DNA of 16,342 nt from an uncultured Clostridia bacterium (GCA_934647235.1 CAKUFG010000039.1:1-16342), one strand, 5' to 3'. Positions 1-7,600 are shown, counted from the first letter of the stretch. The notes: generated by a model not told the origin, from the sequence alone. Translations and numbers: made by a program.

Positions 1-562
1 GCCTGCGGTGCTCCGCCGCGGGCAGCGATTCCAGGGGAAACGGCACGGGCGAAGCGGGCGTTTTTCCGGCCTTTGCCGCCTGCATGGCCGCAGCCATCAG
101 CTGCCGCGCGCCGCGCCCCGTGCGGGCGTTGATGGATATGCAGGGCACGCCCAGACGCGCCTGCAGACGCTGGATATCCAGCGCGCCGCCCGCCTTTGTC
201 AGGGCCTCTGTCATGTTCAGCGCCAGCACCAGCGGCCGCCCCAGCGCAAGCAGCTCCAGCGTCAGGTACAGTCCGCGCTGCAGGCAGGCCGCGTCCAGCA
301 CCTGAATGACCGCGTCGGGCTTTTCCCGCAGGATATAATCGCGCGTCACGGCCTCCTCGCGCGTATACGGGGTCAGCGAATACGCGCCGGGCAGGTCGAC
401 GATCCGCACCGCCGCCCCCTGCTGATAGGCGGGCAGCAGTCTGCCCACGCGCCGCTCCACCGTAACGCCGGGATAGTTGCCCACATGCTCGGCCGCGCCG
501 GTCAGCAGATTAAACAGCGTTGTCTTGCCGGCGTTCTGATTGCCGCACAGCGCCGCGATCAT
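1..562 (-). CDS. feoB: Ferrous iron transporter FeoB, N-terminal GTPase domain only (partial; gene runs off the left edge)
   Basis: Absent from the ORF track because it has no stop inside the window. The reverse strand from ATG (562..560) is open to position 1 and reads MIAALCGNQNAGKTTLFNLLTGAAEHVGNYPGVTVERR...VDLPGAYSL...LALNMTE. The G1 P-loop GxxxxGKT, G2 Thr, G3 DxxG and G4 NMxx occur in FeoB order. The start overlaps the feoA stop as ATGA. It aligns by eye with the complete FeoB at 9765..11753. Confidence 0.9.
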   Translation of the reverse strand, partial: MIAALCGNQNAGKTTLFNLLTGAAEHVGNYPGVTVERRVGRLLPAYQQGAAVRIVDLPGAYSLTPYTREEAVTRDYILREKPDAVIQVLDAACLQRGLYLTLELLALGRPLVLALNMTEALTKAGGALDIQRLQARLGVPCISINARTGRGARQLMAAAMQAAKAGKTPASPVPFPLESLPAAEHRR

Positions 563-780
563 GGCGCAACCTCCACAAGGTCGGCCTCCTCGCGCCGCAG
601 GGAAAGGGTGTACCCGCGCAGCCGCACCGCCATGGGGTCGCCGCCCGGCGCGCAGAATACCTTGACCACCCTTGCGGGCGGCAGAAAGCCCAGATCCATC
701 AGGCGGATGGACAGCGCGTCTGTGCCCAGAATAGCCCGGATCCGGGCGGATTGACCATATTCCAGCTCTGATAAGCGCAT
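559..780 (-). CDS. feoA: FeoA family ferrous iron transport protein (73 aa)
   Basis: ORF track 559..780. It is a small SH3-like FeoA sequence (ARIRAILG...IRLMDLGFLPPARVVKV...GDPMAVRLRGYTLSLRREEA). A GGAGGAG RBS lies just upstream of the ATG. It is translationally coupled (ATGA) to the downstream feoB. Confidence 0.9.
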   Translation of the reverse strand: MRLSELEYGQSARIRAILGTDALSIRLMDLGFLPPARVVKVFCAPGGDPMAVRLRGYTLSLRREEADLVEVAP

Positions 781-817
781 TTTTTCTCCTCCCGGCGCGA
801 AGATTTACGATTGACGA

Positions 818-846
818 TTGCTCAAAACGCCGTTTTGTGCTACTAT
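818..846 (+). promoter_or_regulatory. Putative sigma-70-type promoter for the lipoprotein gene (TTGCTC-17 nt-TGcTACTAT)
   Basis: A -35-like TTGCTC sits at 818..823. A 17-nt spacer and an extended -10 TGc precede TACTAT at 841..846, about 40 nt upstream of the ATG at 888. Confidence 0.35.
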
Positions 847-887
847 ATGAGATGAAAAGTTCTGCAATCCGTGGGAGGCATTGAGCG

Positions 888-2429
888 ATGAAAAAAATCT
901 GCCTGGTTCTGCTTGCTGCTGTGCTGACGCTGCTGTGCGTGGGCGCGTGCGCCGACAGCTATCACTTTGCCGATATATACATGACGCTGGATGTGCCGGG
1001 GGATATCTATACTACCCAGCTGACGCCTGAAAACCTGGCCGCCAACGAGAGCTTCATCGCGGGCCTTGGCGAAACGGTGGACAGCATGAAGGAAAAGTTC
1101 ACCCAGCAGGGCATCCGCCTGATTGCCTATGATACTGCGCACGGCCGCACGCTGGTGGTGACCGCCGTGCAGGACGCGCAGTCCAGAGAGCTTTACGATA
1201 TCAACGAGCAGACGGCCGATACCCGCGCGTCCTACCGCGCCAACCACTCCAACGGCACCTACTGCGGCGCGCTGGGGTATAAGTTTGAATCCTGCGAGTG
1301 GAAAAACTTCGGTACCGAGCAGGGGCGCTTCCTGATGCTCAAATACGCCCTGCGCGAGGGCGGGCAGGTAACGCGCCGCGGCCTGTGGCGGCGCACCATC
1401 CGCAACGGCTACACCATCACGCTGGATATGCAGGCGGTTGGCCGCCAGGTGACGGCGGGGGATATCACCGCCATGAACAAGCTGCAGGATACCATCTCCT
1501 TTACCCAGGCCGAGGCTTCGCCCGACGCACCGCTGGCGCTGACCTTTACCGCCCCGCCGCCGGAGTTTACCAACAGCGCCGGCTTTACCATCAAGGGCGT
1601 TACCCGCGCTGGCTCGACGGTGCTGGCCGCCTATGTATCGATGAAGGGCGAAAGCAAAACCTTCAGCACCCAGGCGGACGGCAAGGGCGCGTTCAAGCTG
1701 GACGTATCCCTGCCCGGCAAGGATCTGTACAACATGATCGTCACCGTCCTGGCCGCCGAGGGCACGGAAAATGAAGAAGAAATCAGCCAGAATTTCCAGG
1801 TGGAATACGATCCTACCCTGCTGCCGGTGACGTTTACCTCGGCCTTCCCCAGCAACTTTACGGCGGACAGCTTCAAGCTGGCCGGCACCACGCTGTCGGG
1901 CGTGAGCGTGCAGCTGGAGGTAAACGGAAAGCTGCAGACCAAGCAGACCGGCAACGCCAAAACCTTCGCCTTTACGGTGGATACCTCCAAGGAAGGCAGC
2001 TATGAAATCCTGCTTACCTTCACCAAGAAGAACTACGCCACGCGGGTGTTCAACTATACCATTGCGCGCGTGATGGACGCAGACGCGCAGCGGCAGAGCA
2101 TCCGCGCCTCGGCGATTGCGCCCACGTACTCCAAGCTGAAGAACTCCGCCGCCTACTATGAGGGCAAAACGGTGCGGGCGAACGGCTATATCGTATCCGT
2201 GGAGCAGGGCTCGGGCGAGTGGTTGATCACCTTCGCAACTCAGAAAAAGGGTGAGAATTATTCCGATTACATCATGGTGCTTTCCGATACCGAGGTAACG
2301 CTGGCCGCCGGTACGCGCGCCACATTGTACGGCACGGGCGCGGGCACCTACAAGACCCCTGCGGACAATGATAAAACCATCGTGTATCCCAAGGTTTCTT
2401 TGTCCTTTTTTGACGAGATGAGCAATTGA
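888..2429 (+). CDS. Putative secreted lipoprotein of unknown function with two tandem Ig-like repeats (513 aa)
   Basis: ORF track 888..2429. GGGAGG lies 9 nt upstream of the ATG. The N-terminus MKKICLVLLAAVLTLLCVGAC is a signal peptide with a lipobox-like VGAC. Residues ~216-297 and ~311-392 are two similar beta-rich modules (LTFTAPPPEFTNSAGFTIKG... and VTFTSAFPSNFTADSFKLAG...). GC3-biased codon usage matches the neighbouring genes. Confidence 0.8.
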   Translation: MKKICLVLLAAVLTLLCVGACADSYHFADIYMTLDVPGDIYTTQLTPENLAANESFIAGLGETVDSMKEKFTQQGIRLIAYDTAHGRTLVVTAVQDAQSRELYDINEQTADTRASYRANHSNGTYCGALGYKFESCEWKNFGTEQGRFLMLKYALREGGQVTRRGLWRRTIRNGYTITLDMQAVGRQVTAGDITAMNKLQDTISFTQAEASPDAPLALTFTAPPPEFTNSAGFTIKGVTRAGSTVLAAYVSMKGESKTFSTQADGKGAFKLDVSLPGKDLYNMIVTVLAAEGTENEEEISQNFQVEYDPTLLPVTFTSAFPSNFTADSFKLAGTTLSGVSVQLEVNGKLQTKQTGNAKTFAFTVDTSKEGSYEILLTFTKKNYATRVFNYTIARVMDADAQRQSIRASAIAPTYSKLKNSAAYYEGKTVRANGYIVSVEQGSGEWLITFATQKKGENYSDYIMVLSDTEVTLAAGTRATLYGTGAGTYKTPADNDKTIVYPKVSLSFFDEMSN

Positions 2430-2549
2430 TATTCTGCAAATTTATAAAAAGTTGCACAGACGAGCAGAATGCGCTTCCATTCCCATGACTTTTTGTGTAT
2501 AATAGAGTCGAATCGTGCAAACCAACACAATATATGGAGGGATGCTGAC

Positions 2550-3761
2550 GTGACTCGCTTGTTGACAACGTGGGAGAAGGACCCCACCAGCGTGCCGGTC
2601 GGCCCGCTTGGCATTATCGCCATGGCGGGCTGTGAGGAAATCGGTGAGAAAATCAACCAGTGGCTGCTCAAATGGCACAGCCTGCAGGAGCTTCAGGACG
2701 AAGAGTACTATACCAGCCCCGGACTGAACCGCGATACTTTTCTTGTAAAGGCCTACTGCCCGCGCTTCGGCACGGGCGAGGGCAAGGCGGTGCTGCGCGA
2801 AAGCGTGCGCGGCATGGACCTGTATATCCTTGTGGATGTTTGCGCGCATAACGTGCATTACAACATGTATGGGCAGGAAGTGCCCATGTCCCCGGACGAT
2901 CACTTCCAGGATCTCAAGCGCATTATCGGCGCAATCGGCGGCAAGGCCAAGCGCGTCACCGTGGTGATGCCCATGCTGTACGAAAGCCGCCAGCACCGCC
3001 GCACCAGCCGCGAAAGCCTGGACTGCGCCATGGGCCTGCAGGAGCTGGTCAACATGGGCATCCGCGATATCATCACCTTCGACGCGCATGATCCCCGCAT
3101 GGTAAACGCCGTGCCGCTGATCGGCTTTGAAAACGTCATGCCCAACTACCAGATGCTCAAGGCGCTGCTGCGCGAGGAAAAGGACCTGCACATTGACAAA
3201 TCCCATATGATGGTCGTCAGCCCCGACGAGGGCGCGGTACAGCGCAATATCTTCTATTCCGCCGTGCTGTCGCTGGACATGGGCATGTTCTATAAGCGCC
3301 GCGACTATACCACCGTGATCAACGGCCGCAACCCCATCGTGGCGCATGAATACCTGGGCGCGGACGTAGAGGGCAAGGACATCCTGGTGGCGGACGATAT
3401 GCTGGCTTCGGGCGACAGCATGATCGATCTGTGCAAGGAGCTCAAGGCCCGCAAGGCCAACCGCATCTATGCGCTGACCACCTTCGCGTTCTTCACCTCC
3501 GGCATCGAGGCGTTCCGCAAGGCCTACGACGAGGGCCTGCTGACCCGCGTTGTCGCTACCAACCTGACCTATCGCCGGCCTGAGCTGGCGAACGAGCCGT
3601 GGTTTATCCAGGCGGATATGAGCAAGTACATCTCCTACCTGATCGCCACCCTCAATCATGACCGCTCGCTGCACGAGCTGCTGAATCCCTATAACCGCAT
3701 CAAGGCCCTGCTGGATCGCTACCACAACGAGCAGGCGGCTACGGGGATCACCATGGTGTAA
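2550..3761 (+). CDS. prs: Ribose-phosphate pyrophosphokinase (PRPP synthetase) family protein, long divergent form (~403 aa)
   Basis: ORF track 2469..3761. I place the start at GTG 2550, which lies 8 nt after GGAGGG (2536..2541). Prs-like motifs occur in order: FGTGEGKAVLRESVRGMDLYILVDV (N-domain), MPMLYESRQHRR (RQxR flexible-loop region), TFDAHDP (pyrophosphate loop) and ILVADDMLASGDS (PRPP-binding loop variant). Confidence 0.85.
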   Translation: MTRLLTTWEKDPTSVPVGPLGIIAMAGCEEIGEKINQWLLKWHSLQELQDEEYYTSPGLNRDTFLVKAYCPRFGTGEGKAVLRESVRGMDLYILVDVCAHNVHYNMYGQEVPMSPDDHFQDLKRIIGAIGGKAKRVTVVMPMLYESRQHRRTSRESLDCAMGLQELVNMGIRDIITFDAHDPRMVNAVPLIGFENVMPNYQMLKALLREEKDLHIDKSHMMVVSPDEGAVQRNIFYSAVLSLDMGMFYKRRDYTTVINGRNPIVAHEYLGADVEGKDILVADDMLASGDSMIDLCKELKARKANRIYALTTFAFFTSGIEAFRKAYDEGLLTRVVATNLTYRRPELANEPWFIQADMSKYISYLIATLNHDRSLHELLNPYNRIKALLDRYHNEQAATGITMV

Positions 3762-3770
3762 TATTCAAAA

Positions 3771-4271
3771 ATGACTGAACAAGAAAAACATCTTCCGCAA
3801 ACCAATACAACCGAAACTGCGCCCGCCGCGAATGGGGAAACCGGCAAAAAGCCGGGCCTCATGCGCGGCGCGCGCGATTTTATCGAGAATACCTGGAGCA
3901 GCCTCAAGGGCAAGGATCTCAACCAGGCCGTGGAGGAGTTTACCAGCGAAATGACGCTGGTGGCCGAGGGCCTCAGCGAGGATCAGAACGCCCTGCGCCG
4001 CGACGGTGAAAAGCTGGCCGCGCGCATGGACAAGCTGGCCGAGCGTCAGAAAACCGGCGAGGACAGCATGAAGGCGCTTGAGGATCAGCTGGAGCAGGAG
4101 CGCAGGCGCGGCGACGCGCTGCAGAAGCGCCTGGACGATTTGGAAAAGGCCCTCAAGGCCAAGCCGGTCAAGCCTGGCCTGACTGCCATTCTGCGCCAGG
4201 CTACCTGGGGCGTGGGTATTATCTGCGCCGCCTGGGTGATCGTGGCGATTCTGAAGCTGATTGGAGGTTAA
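3771..4271 (+). CDS. Hypothetical tail-anchored coiled-coil protein (166 aa)
   Basis: ORF track 3771..4271, starting 9 nt after the prs stop. It has a polar N-terminus and a long heptad-like charged helix (EKLAARMDKLAERQKTGEDSMKALEDQLEQERRRGDALQKRLDDLEKALKA). A single C-terminal hydrophobic segment follows (WGVGIICAAWVIVAILKLIGG). Codon bias is typical of the genome. No SD is visible before the ATG, so the start is less certain. Confidence 0.7.
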   Translation: MTEQEKHLPQTNTTETAPAANGETGKKPGLMRGARDFIENTWSSLKGKDLNQAVEEFTSEMTLVAEGLSEDQNALRRDGEKLAARMDKLAERQKTGEDSMKALEDQLEQERRRGDALQKRLDDLEKALKAKPVKPGLTAILRQATWGVGIICAAWVIVAILKLIGG

Positions 4272-4274
4272 GCC

Positions 4275-4748
4275 ATGCCTTCCTTCAAAGAAATGGTGGA
4301 AAAGTACAAAAAGCGCCGTCATGATACCGTGGTGGACGCGGTGACGACCGGGCTTTCGCTGGCCGATAACGTGACGGTGGATCTGGGCCTGCTGGAGGAT
4401 ACCGGCGTGGCGACCGAAATTGCCGAGACGGTCAGCAATGTGCTGCCCTTCGCCGTGATTGCCGTGACCGAGCAGTGCAAGGTGCTGCTGGGCAAAAAGA
4501 CCGGCGCCGCCGGGGCGGGGGACGCGGCCTACCGCATGGTCAAGACCGGCGCGGCCATGGGCGTGGGCGCGGCGGTGACGGCTGCCGGGGCGGGCGCTGT
4601 GGTGGCGTTGCCTGCGGCGGTCAGCGCGCGGGTGATTATGGACCGCTATCGCGGCCATGCCCTGATGGGGCACCGCGTCAGCCTGCGTACCCAGCGCCTC
4701 AAGGCGCTCAATACAGCGCGGCTCAGCCGCACAAACGCGGGGGAATAA
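4275..4748 (+). CDS. Hypothetical Gly/Ala-rich, probably membrane-associated protein (157 aa)
   Basis: ORF track 4275..4748. GGAGG sits 7 nt upstream, inside the end of the previous gene, with a 3-nt intergenic gap. The middle is a Gly/Ala-zipper-like hydrophobic stretch (GAAGAGDAAYRMVKTGAAMGVGAAVTAAGAGAVVALPAAV). I do not recognise the family. Confidence 0.7.
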   Translation: MPSFKEMVEKYKKRRHDTVVDAVTTGLSLADNVTVDLGLLEDTGVATEIAETVSNVLPFAVIAVTEQCKVLLGKKTGAAGAGDAAYRMVKTGAAMGVGAAVTAAGAGAVVALPAAVSARVIMDRYRGHALMGHRVSLRTQRLKALNTARLSRTNAGE

Positions 4749-4751
4749 GCC

Positions 4752-5279
4752 ATGCTGCTGCAATATCATGATCTGACCGTCCGCAACGCCACGCCCGCGG
4801 ATGCGCCGCAGCTGTCGCTGTGGTGGAACGATGGGCGCGTGATGGCGCATGCGGGCTTTCCGCTGGGCATCAATGAAACTGTGGAGAGCGTTGCGGATAA
4901 CCTGCGGCTGGATAACGAGCAGCACCGCAGGCTGATGATATTGCTGTCGGAAAGGCCGATTGGCGAAATGTGCTACCGCATGGTGGATGACAAAACGGCC
5001 GAAATCGGCATTAAAATCTGCGATTTTTCCCAGCAGAACAAGGGCTACGGAAAGATTTTGCTGAGCTTGCTGATCCGTGCGCTGTTTGACGATATGGGCT
5101 GCGAGCGGATTGTGCTGGATACCAACCTGACCAACCTGCGTGCCCGGCATGTATACGAGCGGCTGGGCTTTGAACGCCGGGGCGTGCGCAAGGATTGCTG
5201 GCTGGATCAGCTGGGCAATCTGCAGTCCGCCGTGGATTACAGCCTGACGCGCGAGCGCTTTGTCAGCTTTATCGTGTAA
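4752..5279 (+). CDS. GNAT family N-acetyltransferase (175 aa)
   Basis: ORF track 4752..5279, starting 3 nt after the previous stop with a GGGGGAA RBS. It carries a GNAT acetyl-CoA motif region (IKICDFSQQNKGYGKILLSLLIRALF) and a C-terminal NLRARHVYERLGFERRG signature. This resembles RimJ/RimL-type enzymes. Confidence 0.85.
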   Translation: MLLQYHDLTVRNATPADAPQLSLWWNDGRVMAHAGFPLGINETVESVADNLRLDNEQHRRLMILLSERPIGEMCYRMVDDKTAEIGIKICDFSQQNKGYGKILLSLLIRALFDDMGCERIVLDTNLTNLRARHVYERLGFERRGVRKDCWLDQLGNLQSAVDYSLTRERFVSFIV

Positions 5280-5345
5280 AGACCGCCGCGTACAGCCGGA
5301 TCAGGATAGTCTTGAACAGAATACGAAAAATGTCGCTTTTTGCCC

Positions 5346-5374
5346 TTGACAAGGGCTGCGCTTCGTGGTAAACT
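5346..5374 (+). promoter_or_regulatory. Promoter of the pyrP leader (TTGACA-17 nt-TGgTAAACT)
   Basis: A consensus -35 TTGACA lies at 5346..5351. An exact 17-nt spacer and an extended -10 TG at 5366..5367 precede the -10 TAAACT at 5369..5374. Confidence 0.65.
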
Positions 5375-5395
5375 CACCCCGACAACTGAATGCGT

Positions 5396-5430
5396 GTCCT
5401 TTAACCGCGGTCCAGAGAGGCCGGGAAGGC
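5396..5430 (+). promoter_or_regulatory. PyrR-binding anti-antiterminator hairpin (pyrimidine attenuator RNA element)
   Basis: It contains GGUCCAGAGAGGCC (5409..5422), matching the conserved PyrR binding-loop core UCCAGAGAGG. This is flanked by CCUU (5398..5401) and AAGG (5426..5429), which form the lower stem as in Bacillus pyr leaders. GGGAAGGC (5423..5430) can alternatively pair with the 5' arm of the downstream terminator, forming the antiterminator. Confidence 0.8.
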
Positions 5431-5462
5431 TGCAACACATCGCAGAAAAACTGTGTTTTATT

Positions 5463-5492
5463 GCCTTACCCTGCCCGGGTAAGGCTTTTTTT
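5463..5492 (+). terminator. Attenuator (intrinsic) terminator of the pyrP leader
   Basis: GCCTTACCC (5463..5471) and GGGTAAGGC (5477..5485) form a perfect 9-bp stem with a 5-nt loop, followed by seven T residues (5486..5492). It lies ~48 nt upstream of the pyrP start. Confidence 0.85.
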
Positions 5493-5539
5493 CTGCAAAA
5501 GGCGCGCAGGGTTGATCTTACCGCATGGAGGGAACCCCA

Positions 5540-6877
5540 ATGAAACTGGTCTATGACGTCAATCAGAAGCCGCCCCTCAGGAAGAACCTTGTCTATGCCT
5601 TCCAGCAGCTGCTGGCCATCATGGCCGCCACCCTGCTGGTGCCCGTGCTGGCGGACAGCACTGGCCTGTACCTGAACCAGCCTGCCGCGCTGTTCGGCGC
5701 GGGCATGGGCACGCTGTTCTACATCTTCATCGCTACCCGCAAGAAGAGCCCCGTGTTCCTGGGCAGCTCCTTCGCCTTCATCAGCCCCCTGGCCGGCGCC
5801 TGCGCGTATGGCTTCATGGGCATCTTCGTCGGCTCCCTGTTCGCTGGCCTTGTGTATGTGCTCATCGCCCTGATCGTTAAAAAGACCGGCACTGCCTGGG
5901 TGACCAAGCTCCTGCCCCCCGTGGTCATCGGCCCCACCGTCGCCCTGATCGGCCTGAGCCTGTGCGGCAGCGCGGTGAACAACCTGAACAACACCGCCGC
6001 CGGCAGCTACAACCTGGTGGCCATCCTGGTAGGTCTGGTCGCCTTCTTCATCACCGTGTTCGCCTCCGTCAAGGGCACGCAGAGCATGAAGATGGTGCCC
6101 TTCATCATCGGCATCCTGGGCGCGTATGTGATCGCCCTGATCCTGACCTTCATCGGCCGTGCCTCCGGCTGCGAAACGCTGCAGCTGGTCAACCTGGCCG
6201 CCTTCGATAACGTGCAGCTGTTCAAGGTGCCGCGCTTCACCTTCCTGGGTATGTTCGGCGCTTATAAGGACGCTACCAACACCATCGGCAGCGCGGGCGA
6301 CGTGCTGAGCCTGTTCGTGCTCTTCGCCCCTGTGGCCTTCGTAACCCTGGCCGAGCATATTGCTGACCACGAGAACCTCTCCTCCATCATCGGCCATGAC
6401 CTGATTACCGATCCCGGCCTGGACCGCACCCTGCTGGGCGACGGCGCGGGCTCCATCGTGGGCGCGCTGTTCGGCGGCTGCCCCAATACCACCTACGGCG
6501 AGTCCGTCGGCTGCATCGCCATCACGGGCAACGCCTCCGTCAGCACCATCGCCATCGCTGCGGTCTACTGCGTGCTGCTCAGCTTCTTCGATCCCTTCGT
6601 CTGCTTCGTCAACTCCATCCCCACCTGCATCGTGGGCGGCGTGTGCATCGCGCTGTACGGCTTCATCGCGGTCAGCGGCCTGAAGATGATCCAGCCGGTT
6701 GACCTGAACGACCACCGCAACCTGTTCGTGGTCGCGGCCATCCTGGTGTGCGGCATCGGCGGCCTGACGCTCAACTTCGGCAGCGTGCAGATCAGCGCCA
6801 TCGCCACCGGCCTGATCGTGGGCATTCTGGTGAACGTGATCTTCAACCGCAGCAACGCTGGCAAAAAAACGGAATAA
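5540..6877 (+). CDS. pyrP: Uracil permease (NCS2 / uracil-xanthine permease family)
   Basis: ORF track 5525..6877. The start is moved to ATG 5540, 7 nt after GGAGGG (5527..5532). The product is polytopic and hydrophobic with NCS2 hallmarks (LVYAFQQLLAIMAATLLVPVL near the N-terminus, and GDGAGSIVGALFGGCPNTTYGESVG). The PyrR attenuator upstream supports a pyrimidine-salvage role. Confidence 0.9.
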   Translation: MKLVYDVNQKPPLRKNLVYAFQQLLAIMAATLLVPVLADSTGLYLNQPAALFGAGMGTLFYIFIATRKKSPVFLGSSFAFISPLAGACAYGFMGIFVGSLFAGLVYVLIALIVKKTGTAWVTKLLPPVVIGPTVALIGLSLCGSAVNNLNNTAAGSYNLVAILVGLVAFFITVFASVKGTQSMKMVPFIIGILGAYVIALILTFIGRASGCETLQLVNLAAFDNVQLFKVPRFTFLGMFGAYKDATNTIGSAGDVLSLFVLFAPVAFVTLAEHIADHENLSSIIGHDLITDPGLDRTLLGDGAGSIVGALFGGCPNTTYGESVGCIAITGNASVSTIAIAAVYCVLLSFFDPFVCFVNSIPTCIVGGVCIALYGFIAVSGLKMIQPVDLNDHRNLFVVAAILVCGIGGLTLNFGSVQISAIATGLIVGILVNVIFNRSNAGKKTE

Positions 6878-6895
6878 CTCAAAAGCACCCAATCG

Positions 6896-6928
6896 ACGGG
6901 CCTGCAGTGCGCTGCGGCCCGTTTTTTT
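6896..6928 (+). terminator. Intrinsic terminator after pyrP
   Basis: ACGGGCC (6896..6902) pairs with GGCCCGT (6916..6922), with additional inner GCAG/CTGC pairs. Seven T residues follow (6922..6928). Confidence 0.8.
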
Positions 6929-6933
6929 ATGGG

Positions 6934-6962
6934 ATGACAAACGCGCGCGTATTGATTATAAT
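6934..6962 (+). promoter_or_regulatory. Putative promoter of the TetR gene (ATGACA-17 nt-TATAAT)
   Basis: The -35-like ATGACA is at 6934..6939. An exact 17-nt spacer precedes a consensus -10 TATAAT at 6957..6962. A perfect 10-bp palindrome ATAGATCTAT (6961..6970) overlaps the 3' end of the -10. Confidence 0.5.
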
Positions 6963-6999
6963 AGATCTATGCACAAGACCTTGAGAAAGGAGACGCGGC

Positions 7000-7563
7000 A
7001 TGTCCGATATTACCAAGCGCGCGCTGGAAGCGTCGCTGAAAAACCTGCTGCTTCAAAAGCCGCTGGATAAGATTACCATCAACGATATTGCCGAGGACTG
7101 CGGCATCAGCCGGATGACCTTTTATTATCATTTCAAGGATATTTATGATCTGATTGAATGGTCCTGCGTAGAGGATGCGCGCCGCGCTCTGGAGGGCAAA
7201 AAGACCTACGATACCTGGCAGCAGGGCTTTTTGCAGATATTCGAGGCCGTGCAGCAGAACAAACCCTTTATCATGAATGTGTACCGCTCCGTCAGCCGTG
7301 AGCATGTGGAAAACTATCTGTATAAGTTGACCTACGCGCTGATTATCGGCGTGGTGCGCGAGCAGGCGCAGGGTTTGGATGTGCCCGAGACGGATCAGCA
7401 GTTTATCGCGCATTTTTATAAATACGCATTTGTCGGGCTGATGCTGGATTGGATCAAGGAGGATATGCGCGGAGATCCTGCCGTGCTGGTGGAACGGCTG
7501 GGCGTGATTGTCCATGGCAATATCCGCGCCGCGCTGGAGCGCATTGCAAAACAAAAGGATTAA
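7000..7563 (+). CDS. TetR/AcrR family transcriptional regulator (187 aa)
   Basis: ORF track 7000..7563, with an AAGGAG RBS upstream. The N-terminal TetR HTH reads ITINDIAEDCGISRMTFYYHFKDIYDL. This resembles DhaS-type TetR regulators. It sits directly upstream of the oleate hydratase gene. Confidence 0.9.
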   Translation: MSDITKRALEASLKNLLLQKPLDKITINDIAEDCGISRMTFYYHFKDIYDLIEWSCVEDARRALEGKKTYDTWQQGFLQIFEAVQQNKPFIMNVYRSVSREHVENYLYKLTYALIIGVVREQAQGLDVPETDQQFIAHFYKYAFVGLMLDWIKEDMRGDPAVLVERLGVIVHGNIRAALERIAKQKD

Positions 7564-7600
7564 ACAAAACCGCGCTTTTGATAAAAAAAGCATCACTTTC

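Noticed and set aside
8-754. Long plus-strand ORF (248 aa), plus ORFs 84..305 and 520..771, overlapping the left feoB/feoA
   Set aside because: It is antisense to clear FeoB/FeoA coding sequence. The translation is Arg/Ala/Gly/Gln-rich low complexity with no motifs. This is a typical stop-codon-poor artefact of high GC.
807-820. Tandem heptamer ACGATTG-ACGATTG upstream of the left feoA, and a 9/10 match (ATTCGTCAAT versus AATCGTCAAT) to the right feoA upstream region, considered as a shared iron-regulator site
   Set aside because: The shared decamer is essentially a TTGACG -35-like hexamer plus flanks. It occurs in opposite orientation relative to the two feoA genes, so it is most likely coincidence.
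2431-2470. Inverted repeat ATTCTGC...GCAGAAT (with nested TGCAA/TTGCA) right after the lipoprotein stop, considered as its terminator
   Set aside because: It has a 26-nt AT-rich loop, only 7-bp arms and no downstream T-run, so it is not a convincing intrinsic terminator. The lipoprotein gene may read through toward prs. A TATAAT at 2498..2503 could serve prs, but its -35 (TTCCAT) is poor, so I did not list a promoter.
2469-2549. N-terminal extensions offered by the ORF track (prs from 2469, pyrP from 5525, ohyA from 7700, Cys-rich peptide from 9822, XRE-HD from 12232, yegP from 13683, chrA from 14919)
   Set aside because: In each case an internal ATG or GTG sits 5-9 nt downstream of a strong GGAGG-type RBS. 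The extension either lacks an RBS, starts on a rare codon, or contains the RBS itself.
2442-6940. Three very long minus-strand ORFs (2442..3725, 3765..5150, 5237..6940) of 427-567 aa
   Set aside because: Each mirrors a well-supported plus-strand gene set (prs, the cassette genes, pyrP). Their translations are His/Ala/Gly/Arg/Asp-rich, have no recognisable domains and lack RBSs. They are shadow ORFs of GC3-rich genes.
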